Source: the human T2T-CHM13v2.0 reference genome, Homo sapiens
Reading direction: 5' to 3' (one strand)
DNA length: 64,000 nt
Assembly: GCF_009914755.1 (NCBI RefSeq)
Contig: NC_060926.1
Of the stretch, positions 1 to 12,399 are shown in pieces. The stretch's first letter is position 1. Each line of letters opens with the position of its first letter. The notes below the pieces were generated by a model, which was not told the DNA's origin, searched no databases, and was given only the letters and a program-made list of their open reading frames with translations. A program made the translations under genes and the position numbers.

Positions 1-109
1 TTAGACAACTTAGATATCATCCCCCTCCCATCACCAGATCCAATTGCAGTTCTAATTTCTCCCTGGAATTGTGCATGGGGACTAGAAAATCAGGTCAAAC
101 ATCGTGCTT

Positions 110-660
110 ATTTTTTAAACTTTTAATTTTGAAAAAATTTAGACGTATAGAGGAGTTGCAAAGAGAATGGAGTGCTCCCACACACACACCCTGATTTATT
201 TTCCCCAAGGTTAACATCCCAGGAAACCATGGTTCAACTCTCAAAACTAAGTTAACCTTGGTACAATACCAAGAACTAAACTACACACCTCATTAGGAAT
301 CCACTAGTCTTTCCTCCAATATCCTTTCTCTGTTCCAGAATTAGGTCCAGGATCCCACCATGCATTTAGTTGCAATGTCTCCTTATTCTCCTCTCATCTG
401 TGACAATGTCTCAGTTTTTCCTTGTCTTTCATGGCCTTGAAACATTTGAAGAGTACTGGTCAAGGACTTTGTCCAGCATGTCTCATTTATATTTGTCTGA
501 TGTTTTGATAGATTGGAGCCATACATTTTGGGAAAGAATACCACCAGAGGCCATGTGCCCTTCCCAACGCATTGCATCAGAGGACATAAAATATTAACAT
601 ATCCTATTTCTGGTGATGGCACCATTGATTCTATTGATTAAGATGAGGTCTGCTAAGTCA
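110..660 (-). mobile_element. Ancient L1 3'-end fragment (L1MC/L1ME class)
   Basis: 'ttttaattttgaaaaaatttagacgtatagaggagttgcaaag...' resembles the reverse-complemented 3' end of old L1M families; boundaries approximate. Confidence 0.6.
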
Positions 661-1189
661 GTAACTTATCCCATTTGTGTAAATGGGACCTGGGTCAGCC
701 ATGGAACCTAGATAACCTTATGTTAATTATGAGTTCAATAAATACATAAGTTAAATAGTATATACATATCTTGAGCAAGGATTCAGTGTTTCCAGTCATT
801 GGGTGGGCTTGCATTTTTAATTTCCCTGCTCTACGAAGTGTGACCGCAAAGGTATATAGGTCTAAATATATCTCTGGCAATGACATGGCTGCCTATAGCC
901 ATCCCTACTTTGCCGTGGGCCTAACTCTAAGGCTGAAGGATTATCCATTGATAAACTTCATGCACAACAGTCTCTGTAAAGAAAAAAACCCTCATCCATT
1001 TACCATCTTAGGACTCGTCTGTTTTTTTCTGTATATTGTAACATTTCCCTTTTTTTTTCCTTCTGATCTTCTCTTGGGATCCTCTGCTGTAAACAGAAAT
1101 CTAGAAGATGGGGGGATGGAAGTGAAGTGGAATGTAAAAACGTCTGCCAGTGCCCCATGGTCTCCAACCCACTTTCAGATGCACCGTCT

Positions 1190-1360
1190 CATTTCAACAG
1201 ATATAGGTGAGCCTTGGGAGGTGTGCATATCCATGAGAGTGTTATTGCTACAAATAGAAAAACAAAACAAAACTGATGCTTAACAATGTTCAAGGACTTG
1301 CCAAGGTCATATGGCTGTGACAGTGCAGAGTGGGTTGTAGATCCAGGGTCTCTGAATACT
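1190..1360 (-). mobile_element. MIR fragment
   Basis: 'gacttgccaaggtcatatggctgtgacagtgcagagtgggttgtagatccagggtctctga' is a MIR-core-like motif. Confidence 0.5.
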
Positions 1361-1979
1361 TAGTCTGCTGGTCAGGCTCACCACATATTTCACACCAGGA
1401 AAACAGGCTCAGGGCTCCTGCAGGTCCAGAGCAGTCCAGCATATAAGCAGGTGACTTGAACTCTCGATTTATTACCAAGCTGTTACAAAAGCCAAGCATC
1501 CTTCGTTAATCACTCTGGGTTTTCCACTTGCCGGTTGTTACCTTAGGAATAAAATATTCCTGGGGTCTATTTCTAATTTAATGCCAGGATGCAAATTGGG
1601 CCTCACCCGTTTCACCTGAGGTGTTATTTATGCCCAAATAACACCTCCTAGATGAGGACTTATTGTGCCTGTTTCCTCCTTTGGAAATTAAGGATAATAA
1701 TAGTAATCAGCTGCACACAAAGCAATTGTGGGGGGCGGGGATGGGAAAGGCTCAGTGATTGTAACAGCTCACAGAAAACCCAAGATCAGGGAGAAGTGCT
1801 GTAGAAATGCTAAATGCAGCAGGAAGAATTATGACATCTCTGCAAATTCACCACCGGAGGCCAGGATAATACAAATGCTTGGCAAATGGTAACTTCATTC
1901 AACAAATATATTTTGGCTACATGTAACATTGGAATCCAAAGGTAGAAGGGTTTTTAGATAATAATAATCGTGACTCGAT

Positions 1980-3143
1980 TTTTAAAATTGACATTTTTTA
2001 CAGTAGTTTTAGGTTCACAGCAATATTGAGTAGAAGGTATAGAAATTTCTCATGTGCTCCCTGCCCACACGCAGGCACAGCCTCCTCTGTTACCATCATC
2101 CTCCACCACAATGGTGCATTTCTTACAATTTATGAGCCTTCATAACACATCATAACCACCCAAGGTCCATAGTTTACTGAGGGTTTACTCTTGGTGCTGT
2201 ACAGTCTTGGTGTTGGGTTTGGACAAATGTATCCACCATTATAGTACAAACGGAATTGTTTCACTGCCCTAAAAATCCTCTGTGTTCCATCTGTTTATTC
2301 CACCCAACCCCTGAAAACCACGGATCTTTTCACCATTTTTATAGCTTTGTGCCTTTCAGAATTTTCTTTTTTTAAATTTATTTAATTTATTTTATTTTTT
2401 TATACTTTAAGTTTTAGGGTACATGTGCACAACATGCAGGTTTCTTACATATGTATACATGTGCCATATTAGTGTGCTGCACCCATTAACTCGTCATTTA
2501 CATTAGGTATATCTCCTAATGCTATCCCTCCCCCCTCCCCCGACCCCACAACAGGCCCCGGTGTGTGATGTTCCCCTTCCTGTGTCCATGTGTTCTCATT
2601 GTTCAGTTCCCACCTATGAGTGAGAACATGCGGTGTTTGGTTTCTCAAGGACAGAATGTTCTATAGTTGGAATCATACAGTATGTAGTCCATTCAGATTG
2701 GGTTATTTCACTTGGTAATATGCATTGAAGGTTCCTCCATTTCTTGTCATGGCTTGATAGCTCATGTCTTTTTAGCACTGAATAATATTCCATTGTTTGG
2801 AGGTACCACAGTTCTCTTTGCCCCGTGAAGGATATCTTGGCTGTTTCTAAGTTTCGGCAATTATGAATACAGCTGCAATAGACATCCATGTGCAGATTTT
2901 TGTGGGGACACAAATTTTAACTTATTTGGGTAAATACAAAGATTATAATTGCTGGATCATATGATAAGAATATGTTTAGGTTTAGAAGAAACCTCCAAAT
3001 TATCTTCGAAAGTAGCTGCACAATGTTGCATTCCCACCAGCAATGAATGAGAATGCCTGTTGTTCCACATCCTCACTGGCATTTAATGCTGTTTGTTTTT
3101 TGGATTTTGACCATTGTAATACGTATATAATGGTATCTCATTT
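1980..3143 (-). mobile_element. L1MC1/L1MC2-like 3' fragment, interrupted by a younger L1PA
   Basis: 'tagttttaggttcacagcaatattgagtagaaggtatagaaa...' and, after the interruption, 'tagttggaatcatacagtatgtag...cattcccaccagcaatgaatgag' are typical L1MC 3' sequence. Confidence 0.75.
2363..2651 (-). mobile_element. 5'-truncated L1PA (PA4/PA5-like) 3'UTR insertion
   Basis: T-rich tail, then 'tatactttaagttttagggtacatgtgcacaacatgcagg...gagaacatgcggtgtttgg'. Candidate TSD cagaattttct (2357-2367) / cagaatgttct (2652-2662). Confidence 0.9.
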
Positions 3144-3149
3144 TGCTGA

Positions 3150-3310
3150 AGTGTTTTAAGTGCCAGATACTGGACTAAGCACTTTAAACAATGATCTCAT
3201 TGAATCCTTATAAGAATGCTATGAGGTGAGTGCTATGCTTTTGTCTTCCCATTTTCCAGATTAGTAAAGGCAAGTTTAAAGAGGCTGCATAACTTGCCCA
3301 AGATTCCATG
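3150..3310 (-). mobile_element. MIR fragment
   Basis: 'gtgccagatactggactaagcacttt...ctcattgaatcctt...ccattttccagat...aacttgcccaag'. Confidence 0.65.
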
Positions 3311-4223
3311 AACAAAAAGCACAAAGCCAAGTGTTCAGAGGCGTTCTCAGTGCTGGTTTGCTTGTCCACTCCCTGCTTTTATGAAGGAGGGCCTTGATTC
3401 TAGATCTGTTAAAGGACTCACTCAGAGTGCCACACAGAGCAGGACACAGGAAGAGAACTCGGCCTCTGTCAGCTGTGCTGCCCCACAGACAACTTCTCAG
3501 CCTTCAGTCATGGCAGGGTTGGCCATTAATAGAAAGCGTTCAGTCCTTGGCCTTATACTGGGAATCCTGATGGCTATTCCAAGCTTCTCCAATCCAGTGC
3601 TTATTTCTGAATGCATTTAATGCTCTGATTGGAGACAGGACCTCTCTTGAGTGCAACACATAAAACTTAGCATTGCCTCACAATCAGTTGAAATATGTTG
3701 CCTGCCCTGTGCCTGAACACCAGCTGCAGATGAGAGGTCTGTGTTATTATGGTACCTCCCTCCAACCTTAATTGTTTTCTTAGGTAGTTTCCACTCCCAG
3801 TTCTCTGATACCCTGTGGTGTTTCTAATTTCTTCATATGTCATAGTTAATTCTTAGAACATTAGTTCCAACCCAATTCTATTTGAAAAACAAATGTTAGA
3901 CATAAGAAGGTGAAGTTTGTGGGTTTTTTTTTGTTTTTCCAATTTAGGGGGCTGTAATCCCTAAAAAGTCAAGAATTATAAAGTTGTTCATTAAGATAAA
4001 TAAGAAAAACGTTATTTGTTTTTAACTTAAACTAGAGAGAAGAAAAGCATGAACAGCAAAGCATTGACTAGATTCTACCGATACATTGAAGAATGATTTG
4101 CTGTTGTTAATAGGGTGGAGATTCTGTTAGAAAATTCAATATGGGAACTCTTGAAACTGATGGCAGAGTTGAGGGAATAGGCCAGCGTGGGCCCTGTAGG
4201 ATCTTAGTGTGTGTCAGTGCTGT

Positions 4224-4255
4224 GGGGGGTTCGGGGGGTTCAGGGGGTCTGGGGG
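4224..4255 (+). repeat. G-quadruplex motif / ~9-bp tandem repeat x4
   Basis: G6-TTC-G6-TTCA-G5-TCT-G5 read directly. Confidence 0.85.
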
Positions 4256-4572
4256 CTGTTGTGGTGTCACCTTGATAGTGCCAAGGTTCCTGCGTGAAAT
4301 GTGGTTAATAAAGTAATGGTGGATACCAGAGCAGAAGAGCAAGAGGAGCTGCTGCAGGATCACTTGGTTCATTTCACATTGACCACGTAGAGCAGAATGG
4401 GGCTGATGGGCCCTGAGTACCTCAAGTGGCCTTGGGTCTAGCTGCACTCTCCTGCTTTCCCCAGACCCAACCACGCAGGCTGGTTTTGTTCTCTCTCTGC
4501 TCTGGGCAGGAGACTTCCAGGGAAGTTACCTGTTTAAGGAGGCAGAAGTGGCTTCTGAGGGTTCCTCACCCT

Positions 4573-4752
4573 TAGGGCTAGCTACGTCATTCATGGGGCT
4601 TAGGGCAAAATGTAAACACAGGGCCCCTTGTTGAAAAATTACTGAGAATTTCAAGACGGCGGCAGCAAAGCACTAAACAAAGTGCAGGGCCCTTCTCAGC
4701 GCCAGGCCCTGTGTGACTGCCCAAGGTAACCCTACCCCGGAAGCTGGCCCTG
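4573..4752 (-). mobile_element. MER91A-like hAT-Tip100 MITE
   Basis: Reverse complement matches recalled MER91A ('cagggccagcttc...gtcttgaaattct...ggggccc...cattttgc...gtagc'); ~180 bp. Confidence 0.8.
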
Positions 4753-6076
4753 CCCCAGCATCAGTGGATGATTGTTTATAAATTCATGAAGTCTTATTCC
4801 CTTTTTCTTGATAAACCTAATTCTCTAATGCTGCACGGAAGTAGGTTTTGTAAGTCTTCAATTTCAAAACAGGAAACTGTGAAGCTCCATTATTACTTTT
4901 GAGGGATAGCTATGTTGTTAACTTAAGGTCTAACTTAGTTGATTCTAGAAGTTGTGATTTTGGTTTCCCTAGCTTCACTGCTTGGTGCAGTGGACTACTG
5001 AGATGGCTACATATTGTTCCTCCTCTTAAGGGCTCCTATTTTCACAATGTGTGTAGCACATAACTAAATGAGTGTAATGCAATGTCATGTGTATAGAATG
5101 CATGCATAAAATGGTACCGATGTGAAGAGGGGGAAGGGCTGAAAATTCAGCTGCAGGTGGTCAGGGAAGGCTCTTCAGAGGGCTCCAGGATGGAAGGACC
5201 TAGGCACTGCCTCCATCTGTCCTCTCTGCCTCTTGGTAATTCGCAGTGTGCATTGGCTATTTTCCTAATGGGGTGCCCCTTTCATTTGTCAGTAGTAACA
5301 ACCTGAAGAATCAAAATCCTGAAAACACTTGGGGCAAATGTTGAAGTGGACAACAGGGGCTGGACGACCATTTTAAAAGTAGAAATCAGTTCAGACGTGT
5401 GTTCTGGGGTTCTGTGGGGTAATTGGTGGAATGGCCTGTGGTGAAATGAATGTAGAAGGTTTGAGTCCATAAAGTCTCACAGATGTTTAGGCAGAGAGAC
5501 CATGAGACCTCAACCAAGCCATTGGCAGAGGAAGGATGGCAAGAGAATGAATTTGAGATACACTGTCGCTGTGAAAAATAAAGGAATGAGAGAGAAGTCA
5601 AGGATGGTTAAAAAACTGCCATCTTCGCCAAGGTTGTACAGAGTCCTGTATTTCATCTGAGTGAATACCATGCATTCATGATTAGTAATACCCCATATAG
5701 CATCAAGACACTAGTAGTAATTGTGCTTGTGTGTTTGTTTCTGATAAAGAGGTTCTCAATTGATTTTTATTTGTTTGTCTTGCTGCCTTCTGCATGAGCA
5801 CTAGGTGACCAGGATTCTTCTTTTTGCCTTTGTAATTATGTTTGTTTCACATGGCATAAACAGTGGGTACTAAATACCTGCCATTTTTTTCTGACTGATG
5901 AGGATCCCACAGATCACATCAAAGCTGTCTAAGTGGCTACTTGGACTTCCTCAATGGACTGAAATGCTTGGAAAAGAAGGAGATAGAGCAATTTGCACAT
6001 CTGGATTAGCGCTGATTTCCGATTTCTTTGCTTTTAGTGGCTTCACATCATACCTATTGTGAAGGTCTAAACCATT

Positions 6077-6135
6077 TAGTTTTAATTGACAAATAATAAT
6101 TATATATATTTATGGAGTACATTGTGATGTTTTGC

Positions 6136-6176
<41 letters not shown>

Positions 6177-6239
6177 AAAATAATTCCTGTCTATATAGTG
6201 GAATTATTAAATCAAGGTGCTAAAAGAGTAGATTTTAAA
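6077..6239 (-). mobile_element. Short L1MA 3'-end insertion with inverted 5' piece and internal (TA)n
   Basis: Minus-strand 3' end 'tttaattgacaaataataatt...gtggaattattaaatcaag' followed by plus-strand L1MA piece 'tgctaaaagagtagattttaaa'. Flanks aaggtctaaac (6062-6072) / aagatctaaac (6238-6248). Confidence 0.7.
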
Positions 6240-6781
6240 GATCTAAACTTTAGATCCCAGCACCTATCCTAAATTTTCAAAATTGGTCTTTTTTGTTTGG
6301 AGCATAAAAACAAGAGTGTAGGTATTACATATGACCAACATGACTTTTTAGGTAAAAATTGAAATACCACAAAACTCAAATGCAATGTAGCTCTAGTTGC
6401 TAGCCACACTGTGAAACTAGTCCTCTGTGAGAAGAGTGCAGAAATACGTGTTTGTTATCCACCTGATGAATTGCCAAGGTGGTGCTATCACTCTCAGCGT
6501 GCGACTTCTGAAGTCAGAAGCCCAGCAATTCTACAAGGGAAGCACAGAAGGTTAGAGGATCCCTGATTGATTTTCTGGCAGCCAATACAGGAGAATGAGT
6601 CATAAGGTTATAATAGGCAAAAGACATATTCTCAGGGATGCTGCAAACTTTGGGAGTGTAGAATTGTTTTGAGAAAAAGCAGCAACAAAGCATGGGATTT
6701 GCATCTGTTCTTAGTGAGAAGTAGCTCTGAGTGCCTCACGGGGAGAAGAAACCAACATCCCCCAAATCCTAAAAATAGAGG

Positions 6782-6813
6782 CTGCAACTTTTACATCTGC
6801 CACTAGAGGGCGC
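6782..6813 (+). promoter_or_regulatory. CTCF binding motif (core plus possible upstream module)
   Basis: CCACTAGAGGGCGC at 6800-6813 fits the CTCF core CCASYAGRKGGCRS; CTGCAA at 6782 lies at roughly upstream-motif spacing. Confidence 0.7.
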
Positions 6814-7112
6814 ATTTCATCTATAAAGAAATCTTTCCATTGAAAACCCAGGAACTTTCCAAAAGGCTTTTGAGCACATCTCGAAGGGTGGAGGCCTTGG
6901 GGAGGGATGAGGGAGTGGGAGGTGGAGGGGCAAAAGGGAATATGAGATAGAGAGTTATTGACTTGCTTAACTCTGGGAAAAGGTGTGTGCCTAAGTGCGA
7001 AATCGCCATATATTGTGGATGCTGCATTTTCCTGATTGTTGTAACCTGGGTACCTGCAGCACATATTCCAGGAAAAAAGTAGACTCCGTCTTCGCATATA
7101 ACTCTTCTACAG

Positions 7113-7210
7113 AGGAATCTAGACTTGGTGAATGCACCATTGTTCTCCGAAGGGCCCCTCCACCTAAAACGGGGCAGGAACCAATGTAAACACCGGCGTT
7201 AGTGGGTCAG
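7113..7210 (+). other. Candidate 98-nt non-coding exon
   Basis: Acceptor 'ctcttctacag|' and perfect donor 'CAG|GTAAGT'; stop codons in all three frames. Confidence 0.35.
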
Positions 7211-8499
7211 GTAAGTGATCCTGAGGCATAGGGGGTGAGGTAGCGTGAGTTAGCATCAGGCTCATATAGAGGACGCAATAAAGAGCCAAGGAATTAAAAC
7301 AAAAATGAGGAAGGCCGATTAAAAAAGAACATTTGACAGACAATGTATAACTCCAGCTCCTTTCACAGAAAGCAAAATATTCCCAGAAAGCATAGAATTC
7401 CCTGAGATAGGGGGAGTTAGAACTCGAATAAGAGTTCTGATTTTAGGCATTCTCTGTTGGTAATCCTTCAATTTTTATAACATTTTCTAGATCTGCCACT
7501 GCATGAACTACATAACTGACAAATCTTCAATTCACATTATATTTAAGTGGTTTCCCCATCACTTCTCACAGTTAAAAATACATTACATAAATTACTATCC
7601 TGCCTAGTGAAATATGCAACGACTCTGTTGTCTGCCGTTTATTTCTAAAACATTTTGGCACTTTCTGCGGAAGTCGTCTTCTTCTCAGTGATGCCAGGGG
7701 ACTTTTTTTTTCAGTGTTACTTTGTTCCTAAGTGCAGGATCACAGAGATCCATGGGGAAACAAATAGTGGCATCAAGAGTGGCCTGTGGTGGAGGAACTA
7801 ACAGCTGCAGGCGGAGGCGGATCGGGGAGCTGGAGTGGAAAGAGGGCAACTGAGGCGATGTCTGTGTCCTCTGCACGTGACAGTCCCACGGAGCTCTACT
7901 GATCTGGGGCCAGGCTGGGACTCCGGCCCAACTCCGAGGGGCACCAGGGTCTGGGTATTAATCGTGTGGCAGAGCTCCAGTCTCCATGTGATACACCAAC
8001 CGTGCAGAAGCGTCCCCTGCAGAAGCACAGGGGACAGCCAAAGCTCTATGGCCCTGCAAACCCCTCAGCATGGCCCTGTGAGTATCCTGCAGAGGACCCG
8101 GGCCTGAGCAGTTCCTTCTTCCCAGCAGGTGTCACTGTGGAGTCATTAAAACCGGGAGAAGAGAAGAACTGTGCTTTGGCAAGCCGAGCCCCAGTAAAGG
8201 TTCTTGAACCAAAACTGCAGACAGGCTCCGCAGCAATGACACGCAGCAGCTTTAAAAACTCCCTCCACCACTGAGTCCAATGCTGTGAGCATGCGGTGTC
8301 TGTTGTCTTTGAACTAAGTTCACCAGATCTTCCAAGTTTTAAAATGGGAGCTAAAGCAGAACAATTATCCATATGGACGTTAAAGGGATAGATAGCTCCA
8401 TTTCAAGGTGGCAATAGCTATATCAATTTTTGTCCTATTTTCTGACTGTTTGGACAGGTAGTTTTGTTCGTTTGTTTTTTCATTGTGGGAGGTAACTTG

Positions 8500-8675
8500 A
8501 TGGCATGGAAAGAATGCAGAATCTGAAAATCCGGATTCAGATTCTTGCTTCCATCTCGCTATGTGTATGTTACTTTGGACAATTTACATAATTTAGAGCT
8601 CTGAGACTCCATTCCATGACAGGGTAATTGCGAAGGTTAAATGAAATGTATTCAGGAAAGTATCTAGCATGGTTA
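8500..8675 (+). mobile_element. MIR fragment
   Basis: 'gcatggaaagaatgcagaatctg...ggattcagattcttgcttcc...actttggacaatttac...gaaggttaaatgaa'. Confidence 0.6.
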
Positions 8676-8869
8676 GTTACATCTGAATCCAGATGCATCA
8701 CTGAAATACTGTTTAGATTTCATTATCGTTCTAATATTTTAATATCATTTTGAATACATTCTGTTTATATAGTATTACCCATATATAAAGTATAACCTCT
8801 AGGAGGATAATTCACTTGTCTCCTTTGGGCTAAGTCTTGTACTCCCCTCCCCTGCTCCCCCCTGCAATG

Positions 8870-10495
8870 ACTACTCGCCATCTCTGCTCAGATGTCCTGC
8901 TAGAACTCAAATGCAGAATTATTATCTGTATGCTCCTACCTCCCTCTCTGCATTATTTATTCCGATTGATGGTGCTGTCCCCTTTTCCTGAACCTTGAAT
9001 TGCTGGGATCACCTCAATTTCTCCTTCATCACTATCTTCCGTATCTAAACAGATCCTTGAACTTGCAGTGCCGTTTCCAATGTTGCACTATCTTCTGTGT
9101 CTACCTGCTGCCCTCACACAGCTGCTTATCAGGATTACTAGTTCAGTTTCCTACCTCATTGGCTTCTGGGGAGCTTTCCCCGGATCCCAATTCCAGGGCT
9201 CCACCTAGATCCACAGGGTCAGAATTGTAGGGGGGCCCAGAATGGCATGGCACTACCATACACTTGAATTTCGTTGGGAATCCCTGTCACATACATCTCT
9301 GACCTCAAGTTAGATTGACCTTCCAAACCAAAGGGCATGCCACTGACAGAAAGCTCCTCTTAAAGCCACCTTTTAATTTTGTTCCTTCCTTGCTGCATAT
9401 CTTTGCGATTTCCCACTTCCTGGAGGATGGACTTAACTTCGGAATGAGATGATGTCACTCCATTCTCGGTGCCATGAAGGAAGGGACAGTGTGCACCTTG
9501 CTCATCATAGAGCCAAGTGCCTGGCCCATTGTAGACCCAACAACCAACAACGGACCACCCTCCCTTTGGGTGGTTGCCTGGATCACAGCCATTGCCCCTT
9601 CCAGGGATGCTGATGACATACATGGAGGGGCCACTGACACCTCCCCTTGGCCATAGCTGTTGACAAAGAGGGTGGGCTTTTGATACAATGTATACAAACA
9701 GATACTCTTTACAGAAAATGGAGAGATCCTGAGATCAGATGTCATGGACAGGTAGTCACATGAACATGAACAGCAGGCCGTGCTAAGGTCTCCTGTTGCC
9801 ATGGCTCCCCGATGTGTGCCAGGGTTTGTGCGTCCTGAGCCTTGGCTGCTGAGATCCGCCATGTCAGGAGATACCATGACACCTCCAGTAAGTTGTCTCT
9901 TTTTCTCCCTTTTTATTCAAGTCACTTAGAGTCAGTCCCTCTTACTAGCAAATGACAGAGCATAATCTGACACATTGTTGGGGATTTCATCTGCTCATGA
10001 CACAGTTCCAATCTACCTAATCCATGTTATTCTCCATAATTCTCGGTCATAATTTCTTCTCTAAAACCAGGTGACTCTTCTAATAAATTTCACTCTTTTC
10101 TAGATGGAATTTCTTCTCTCTGTTACTCAAGCCTCTCAAAGTCCTTATTGTCCCAGCCTCTGCGTGAAACGTCTTCAGCCATCAATGACATCTCACTCCT
10201 TCAAGCCCTTATGCCACTGCTGGGATGGACCAGTCACTGGACCTGCATTACAGTGGGCTTATATTGACCTTTACCTCTACACTTGTATATAACTCGTTTT
10301 CCCATTTAGTTGCAAGACACTTGGAAGCACAGACCAAGGCTTACATTTGTGTTTTAATGTTTTTCTTGTAAATGCTTTATGCCTAAATGTTTCTGTACTA
10401 CTCTTCTTTCCAAATCCTTATTGTTTAAAAGTTTCTCTCCTACTATACCATGCCTTATAAATATTGATTGAATGAATGGATGAAATGCATACCTG
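8870..10495 (+). mobile_element. Degenerate L2 3' region split by an LTR insertion
   Basis: Pyrimidine-rich L2-like sequence ending in the L2 terminus 'aaatattgattgaatgaatggatgaa' at ~10460-10485. Confidence 0.55.
9340..9974 (+). mobile_element. Old ERVL-class solo LTR (LTR16/LTR33-like)
   Basis: 3' end 'ccagtaag...caagtcacttagagtcagtccctcttactagcaaatgacagagcataatctgacaca' resembles ERVL LTR termini; 5' boundary uncertain. Confidence 0.5.
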
Positions 10496-11489
10496 CTTAT
10501 ATTTCTAATTAAAGGCAATTTGGGATTATAGTATTTGTTTTTCCAAAAATGTTTCCAATTACCCATTCCCTTGTCAGTTCCCATGTAGCATGGAAATGCA
10601 ACATTCCCTTTGTAGAATGTCTGCTTTGTAATTACCCCTGTCAGGGTGATTAATGGATAGCAGTTTATGACCAGGAACCTCCGTGGTGACCTGGTGTTCA
10701 GCAGAGGCCACCTTGTCTCAGATATTTCTGCCCCTGCAGAAGGTTTTTAAAAAAATTTTTGGCTTTGGAAAAGAACTAAGGTTGCAATATGGGCACATTT
10801 GCCCGCAGATTCCCAGAGCCTGTCGATAGCTAATTGCATCCAGGCGGGAGGACTGATTTGCTTGGCAGTCCCTCCTGAATGGGAGGTGGGATGGTCAATC
10901 CAGGCTGGAGCAGGGCCAGTGCCTTGGGCCAAATGTGTTTTCTTCCTCTTGGCTGGCTGTCTTCTGCCTGGGCCTGTTTTGCCCTCTGCTGACATCTCAG
11001 GCTGAGGATCTCTTTGCTGGTCTTGCAGGGCCAAAGGTGGCTGGAGGGTCAGGAGGCAATAGGAAGTAGGGCTTCCCCACCCCTCCTGCACTGGCTCACT
11101 GTCCAGTCACTGAGGTTAGAGGGATGTCTGGCCTAACCATTCCATTCTTCACGTTGCTGTTGTGAGTGTCCTTGTTTCTCTTTTTCTGAGACTCCTGGAT
11201 TACTCCTGGCCACAGCTGCTCTGCTCACCTGGTGGAAAGCAGTGCTTCCTTCTCCAGGAGAAAATCCGCAATGGCTGGAGCCACGGGTGCAAAGAAAGCC
11301 CATGTACTGGGAGCAAGGAAATGAGGCTTTGAATGTGCTCTTCGAAGACTGCCTCTAGGAAGACCAGAGGGCTACTTTCCATTATTGTTTCTGTTCTCCC
11401 CTTCCAGCAAATGGCCCAGGTCACTGGGAGCTAGCAGCATACCAGCACTAGTGCAGAACTATTAGTGTACCAGGGCACATGAGCCGAAT

Positions 11490-11640
11490 GAGGCCTGGGC
11501 AGTGTTGCACACATTTAATGGATTTTCTCACTTAACCCTCACAGCAACAGCATGAGGCAGGTACTTCTAGTAATCCTACTTTAAAGAGGCAGAAACTGAG
11601 GCACAGAGAAGTTAAATAACTTGTCTAAAGCCACATCACT
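11490..11640 (-). mobile_element. MIR
   Basis: 'ctcacttaaccctcacagcaacagcatgaggcaggtac...gaaactgaggcacagagaagttaaataacttgtctaaagccaca'. Confidence 0.8.
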
Positions 11641-12069
11641 CCTATCCTCATACGTACTCTTATAAGAATAATGAGCACTCCTATAAATGCTCTTACTAAT
11701 CAACTACTCATTGCAGCTATATTTCAGGATATGTATATGGGTACACTGTACGCTTAGCAGGAGGTTAGGTAACAGCCTCCTACTTGATCACTCAGCAACT
11801 ATTTTGGGGCACCTATTAACATGTAGACCTGTTCTACAGGCTAAAAGAAATGCCAAAAAGTAAGTGCTTGCACTATAGGTTAGAAGAAAAGATGCTTTCT
11901 CTGCGTGTCTCTCTTTCTTTCTCTAGGTGTGGGTGTTTTGTGGATGTCCCTGCAGCTATAGACAGACCTGGGATGCAGGCACTGTTCTGGGGGTTTTGTA
12001 AGCAGCACAGCCTAGTGGGTAGGAGAACAGTCCCCAGATACCCCACGTATGCTCATAAATGACTCCATT

Positions 12070-12393
<324 letters not shown>

Positions 12394-12399
12394 CTAGCA

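Noticed and set aside
771-1283. 170-aa ORF with a hydrophobic stretch
   Set aside because: Non-ATG start, hydrophobicity comes from T-runs, ends in a MIR, no family resemblance.
8022-8041. REST-like motif gaagcacaggggacagccaa (and a similar one near 15798)
   Set aside because: Several mismatches in the left half-site, or wrong spacing.
9455-9877. 140-aa ATG-initiated ORF
   Set aside because: Lies inside an apparent LTR, with no recognisable domain or splice context.
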